The notes under the pieces: model-generated
The model's database searches: none
Seen by the model: the letters and a program-made list of their open reading frames with translations, nothing else
What the model was told of the DNA's origin: nothing
Assembly: GCA_048213135.1 (NCBI GenBank)
Contig: PS015053.1
Span: 33,682 to 84,577 of the forward strand
Length of the DNA: 50,896 bases
Direction of reading: 5' to 3'
From: Reclinomonas americana ATCC 50394
Taxonomy: Eukaryota
Part shown: positions 45,878 to 50,896 of the stretch, in pieces
Layout: the number at the start of each line of letters is the position of its first letter
How positions within the stretch are numbered: the first letter of the stretch is position 1
Program-made: the position numbers and the translations under genes

Positions 45878-48800
45878 CTATATTACACCCGTGGCCACCA
45901 ATATGCTAAACGTGCAAGACAGCGCAAACACAGCACACAGATACCACCCAAACCACTTGCTAAAAGTGGCCATTGGCGGTCGCGGAATGACGACATAAAC
46001 AACGGTCGACACCAGCGACACCAGCAGGCCAATGGAGATGGGGAGCACCGACTGCGGCACGCCGAGCGGCGCCGGTTTGGGGTAGTCGATGGAGCAGCGC
46101 ACGAGGAAGCCGATGCCGAGGCCCAGCATGAGGTTGAGCAGGGGGGAACCGAAGCAGGCGCCGACGGCCATGGTGCCGAAGCCGGCGGTGGCCACGGCGT
46201 GGTCCGCCACCATGTCTGCCCGAAGAGGGAGAGGGGATTAGTTAGGTGGAGGGAAGGAGAAGGAGGAGAAGAGGGACGAACCACTGACGGAGTTACCAAT
46301 GGCCAGGAGGGACATGGCCAGCACGGCAGGTGCGATGTGTGCCATTTCGCCGAGGTCCTGCGGAATAGGGAGAAGGGTGGGAAGGGAGAAGGGAGAGGAG
46401 AGGAAAGAGGAGAAGGGAAGAAGGGGAGAAGAGGAGAGGAAAAAGGAGAAGGAGGCAAGGGATAAGGATGAGCGAGGGGAGGGGGGAGGGAGGAGAGAGG
46501 AGAGGAAAGGAGAGGAAAGGAGGGAAAGAGGAGAGGAGAGAGGAGAGGAAAGAGGAGAGGAGAGAGGAGAGGAAAGGAGGGGAGAGAGGAGAGGCAAGAG
46601 GAGAGGAGAGGAAAGAGGAGAAGAAAGGGGAGAGGATAGGGGAGAGGAAAGAGGAGAGTAAAGAGGAGAGGAGAGAGGAGAGGAAAGGAGAGGAAAAGGA
46701 GGGGAGAGAGGAGAGGCAAGAGGAGAGGAGAGGAGAGGAGAGGAGAGGAGAGGAGAGAAGGGACAGGAAAGAGTGGAGAAGTGAGGAGAGGAGAGAAGGG
46801 ACAGGAAAGAGTGGAGAAGTGAGGAGAGGAGAGGAGAGGAGAGGAGAGGGGAGAGGAATGAGGAGAGGAAAGAAAGAGGAGAGGAGAGGAGAGGAGAGGA
46901 AAGAGGAGAAGGGAAGAAGGGGAGAAGGAGAGGAGAAGGAGAGGCANNNNNNNNNNNNNNNNNNNNGAGGAGAGGAGAGGCAGAGGAGAGGAAAGAGGAG
47001 AGGAATGAGGAGAGGAAAGAGGAGAGGAGAGAGGAGAGGAATGAGGAGAGGAGAGAGGAGAGGAAAGAGGAGAGGAGAGGAGAGGAGAGGAAAGAGGAGA
47101 GGAAAGAGGAGAAGGCGGCAAGGGGTAAGGATGAGTGAGGGGAGGAGAGGGGAGAGAAGAGGAGAGGATAAGAAAAATATACGTTCCGTACAAGAAACAA
47201 ACTGTACTATTTCTGCCACTTCTTTCCTCCCCTTCTTCGCCCTTTCCTCCGATCCCTTATTCTCCCCTCCCCTCCCTTCTTCCCTTTACCCCATCCCGCA
47301 CCTGCAAGCTGTCCACCATAAAGTCCCCCATAAACGCCGACCACGTTGACGCGCCGACAAACGCCATGACCAGCCACAGCTGCCGCAATCAAAACGTGAG
47401 CCGCGGCTTTCGACAACAACCCACACCACCACCCATCAACGCAACTCCAACATAGCGCGGCGGCGTCGGCGTCTTTGTGGTGAACAGAATGATCAATCCG
47501 CCGACCGCACCCACAATCAGTGCGAGAGCCCACATGGGAAGTGCGCCGATGGAGGTGTGATAGCCTAGGTTAATGAAATGGTGAGACTCAATGTTGATGC
47601 ACGAGGTTAAGGGAAGGGCGACATACCGATGAATGTGAGGACCACGAGCGAAAACAGGCCCTGCATTCACCAATGAGTAAAAACACTGTCAACCTTCTCC
47701 TCACAAGGCGACCAACCATCGGCGACACCACCGCATACAAGCGATTCCAGGTCCCCGGTGCCGGCCCCATGGTGAACGACCACAGGGCGTGCACGGGGAA
47801 GCAGAGAATCGACCACACCGTGTCGCAGCGCTTCGGTTTGCGTCGCACACTGCTGCCGCGCTGCGAGTCCTTCAGGCTGGTCACTGCGCGCACACACACG
47901 AATAAGCAACATGCCGCCGCCTTCTGCTGACAAGATGACAACCAACCGGCCAGCGATCCGGTCTTGGTCGAGCGCGTCGATTTGGAGGAGGTGTACGCTG
48001 GCGCAACGTAGTGGCGACTGATGGGTGGTGGCATGGGTTCGCCGAGGGGGCGCGGAGCGGCGCGTGGAGGGAGCAGGGGTGGGGAGTCGGAGTGGCCGAC
48101 GGGGGACTCGCCGTCATCGAACACGTCCATGTCGTCGCCAAAGTCACCGCCGCCGGTGGTGGAGAAGCGGAAGCCAATGGCGTCGTTGTCGCTCTCCAGG
48201 TCCTCGGTGATGATGCCGACTTTGCCGAGGAACACTATGGGGGCAAAGAGTGAGGGAAAGGGGAAGAAGGGGGAGAAGGGGGAAGAAGGGGGAGAAAGGG
48301 GGAGAAGAAGGAAGGGAAGGGGAAGGGGAAGAAGAAGGAAGGGAAAAGTTGTGGACTGTGAGGGAAAGGTGAGGAATCAAGGGTTGAGGATAGAGGATTG
48401 AGGGGGAGGGGTTAGAATGAAGAATGGAGGGTTGTGGCTTGAGAGTGACGAAGGGTTGAGAACTGAGGGTTGAGAGAGAGTGTTTGGAAAAGAGTAATGG
48501 AGGGTTACGGATCGAGAGGGAAGGGTCGAGAATGAAGGGTTGAGGACTCGAAGAAGGGTTGAGGCCTGAGGGTTGAAGTGAAGAACAGAGGTTGTGGGTT
48601 GAGAGTGAAGGGTCGGCGAAGAAGGGTTGAAGATTAAGGGTTGAGGGAGAAGGGTTGAAATGAAGAAGGAAGGGTTGTGGGTCGAGAGTGAAAGGTGGAG
48701 AGGGTTGAGGGTCGAGAGCGAAGGGTTGAGAGAGAAGAATAGAGGGCTGCGGGTTGAGAGTGAAGGGAGGAGAATGGAGGGTTGAGGGAGAAGGTTTGGA

Positions 48801-50626
48801 AAGAAGAATAGAGGGTCGACAATCGAGGGTCGCGGACGCAGGGTTGAGGATTGATGGTTGCGTGAAACGGATAAAAATGCATATTGGATGAATGGAGGGT
48901 TGTGGGCTGAGAATGAAGGGCTGTTGAAGAGGACTGAGGATTGAGGGTTGGGGGAGAAGGGTTGGGATGAAGAATAGAGGGTTGAGGATTGAGAGTGAAG
49001 GTTTAGGATTGAGGGAGAGAGCGAAGGGTTGAGAGAGAAGAATAAAGGGTTGCGAGTTGAGAGTGAAGGGCGGAGAACGGAGAGTTGAGGAATGAGGGTT
49101 GAGGGAGAAGGGCTGAGGATTGCGAGTGAAGAGTCGACGAACAAGGATTGTAGATGGAGGGCCGAGGGAGAAGGGCTGGAATGAAGAATAGGGGGTTGAG
49201 GGTTGAGAGTGAAGGGCGGAGAATAGTTGAGGATTGAGGGTTGAGGGAGAAGGGCTGAGGATTGAGAGTGCCGAGGGTTGAAGATAGAGGGCTGAGAGAG
49301 AAGGGTTGGAATGGAGAATAGGGGGTTGAGGGTAAAGGACGGAGAGTGTCAAGGGCTGAAGATGGAGGGTTGAGAGAGAAGGGTTGGGATGGAGACTAGG
49401 GGTTGAGAGTTGAGAAGGACGCTTCAGGACTCCGTGTGCAATCTCTTGTAGGCAGCCTCTCTCTCTTCTCAATCCTCCCTTTCCCCCTTTTCTCTTTCCC
49501 CCTCTCTCTTCCCCTCTTCTCCTCCACTCACCCGCCTCATTGGCAAACGCCTNNNNNNNNNNNNNNNNNNNNNNNNNNNNNNNNNNNNNNNNNNNNNNNN
49601 NNNNNNNNNNNNNNNNNNNNNNNNNNNNNNNNNNNNNNNNNNNNNNNNNNNNNNNNNNNNNNNNNNNNNNNNNNNNNNNNNNNNNNNNNNNNNNNNNNNN
49701 NNNNNNNNNNNNNNNNNNNNNNNNNNNNNNNNNNNNNNNNNNNNNNNNNNNNNNNNNNNNNNNNNNNNNNNNNNNNNNNNNNNNNNNNNNNNNNNNNNNN
49801 NNNNNNNNNNNNNNNNNNNNNNNNNNNNNNNNNNNNNNNNNNNNNNNNNNNNNNNNNNNNNNNNNNNNNNNNNNNNNNNNNNNNNNNNNNNNNNNNNNAA
49901 GGCGAAGGGGAAGATGAAGGGGAAGATGAAGGGGGGAAGGGGAAAGGGAGGAGGGGAGGGGGAAGACGAAGGGGGAAGATGAAGGGGGAAGGGGAAAGGG
50001 AGGAGGGGAGGGGGAAGACGAAGGTGGAAGACGGAAGAGGGGAAGAGAAGGGGGAAGAGAAGGGGGAAGCGAAGGGGAAGCGAAGGGGAAGCAAAACGGG
50101 GAAGCACAAGGGGGGAAGCAAAGGGGAGAAGAGCAAGTGCAAGAGAAGGGAGGGAAAAGAGAGGGAGAGCAAGGGGGGAGAGCAAGGGCAAGAAAAGGGG
50201 AAGAGATGGGGGAGGAGAGAAAGAAAGGGGGAGAAGAAAGAATCGTTGACAGAAGACAAACTCTCTTCCACGCACGCGAAGGCAATCATCTGAACTCTTT
50301 GTTCACCCTCATCCTCATTTTCCCCTTGTGCTCTTTCCCTCATTCCCCTTCTCCCCCCTAATAGTTGCTGAGAATGAAGAGAGGACGGACGCTGATGTGA
50401 GGGATAGTCCCTTCTCTGACAACTCGGCCCTTCTCAAGTGCGAGGGTGGATCGTTGCAGGACAAGAGGTGGAGAGGGGAAAAATTTTCTTTCTCTTTCTA
50501 CTGTTTACGCACCTGCCAAAGACTACCGTGGAGATGAAGGCACCGGCGCCAATTGGTTCGGAAACACCAATGTCGGCGTGGCCGGCGAGAATGCCGATGA
50601 TGATGGCCGCGAGGTCGGGGGCGCCA
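45878..50626 (-). CDS. Cation/Ca2+ exchanger of the NCLX/CCX group (Na_Ca_ex family); 5' end not visible
   Basis: Alpha-1 repeat exon 50626-50513 (GAPDLAAIIIGILAGHADIGVSEPIGAGAFISTVVFG); alpha-2 repeat LLAIGNSVS|DMVADHAVATAGFGTMAVGACFGSPLLNLMLGLG; hydrophilic loop exon from ~48235; terminal TM helices; TAG at 45878-45880. Confidence 0.88.
48377..49415. repeat. Degenerate AGGGTTGAG-rich repeat tract in an exchanger-gene intron
   Basis: Many GGGTTGAG/GGGCTGAG/GGATTGAG units interspersed with GA-rich spacers. Confidence 0.85.
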
Positions 50627-50860
50627 CTGCACGAGGGGGGACAAGAGAGTGAGAAGTCTGGAGAGGAGAGAAGACACGAGCTGTCTCCAGCTGTGCCTCA
50701 CACGCTTCTTTCAAGTGTAACGTCCGCATATCAAACAGTGAGCAAGAGGGAGCGGAAGAAGTGGTCCGAGAGAGTGAGAAAGGGTGAGAATCTAAGGGGA
50801 ACCAAGAGCGCTGCAAGCGAGAGTAAAGAGGGACAGGGTGGGAAAGCGGAGAAGAATGGC

Positions 50861-50896
<36 letters not shown>

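Overview
Intron-rich eukaryotic (protist-like) draft-assembly DNA with many N gaps and microsatellite-filled long introns; most ORFs in the supplied track are artefacts. Spliced by hand, the window holds: (i) the 3' end of an uncharacterised gene; (ii) four paralogues (A 1310-6819+, B 7540-14664, C 16878-23613, D 39285-45700) of a family I do not recognise, with a low-complexity N-terminus, a PKKKK NLS-like exon and 4-5 tandem copies of a ~200-aa domain (18 copies in all; H-x8-CxxC motif, acidic linkers, fixed-length hypervariable basic segment); (iii) an LRAT/NC-domain (permuted NlpC/P60) acyltransferase-like gene with a myristoylation-like start; (iv) a minus-strand gene joining a degenerate EXD1/Egalitarian-like 3'-5' exonuclease domain to a divergent UPF1-like SF1 helicase; (v) most of a cation/Ca2+ exchanger (NCLX/CCX) gene. 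The main observations are the diversifying repeat-domain array (candidate modular nucleic-acid-binding system) and a recurrent unusual 5' splice-site class (GTTGCGT/GTTGAGT) seen in several unrelated genes. Gene models are manual and lack transcript support.
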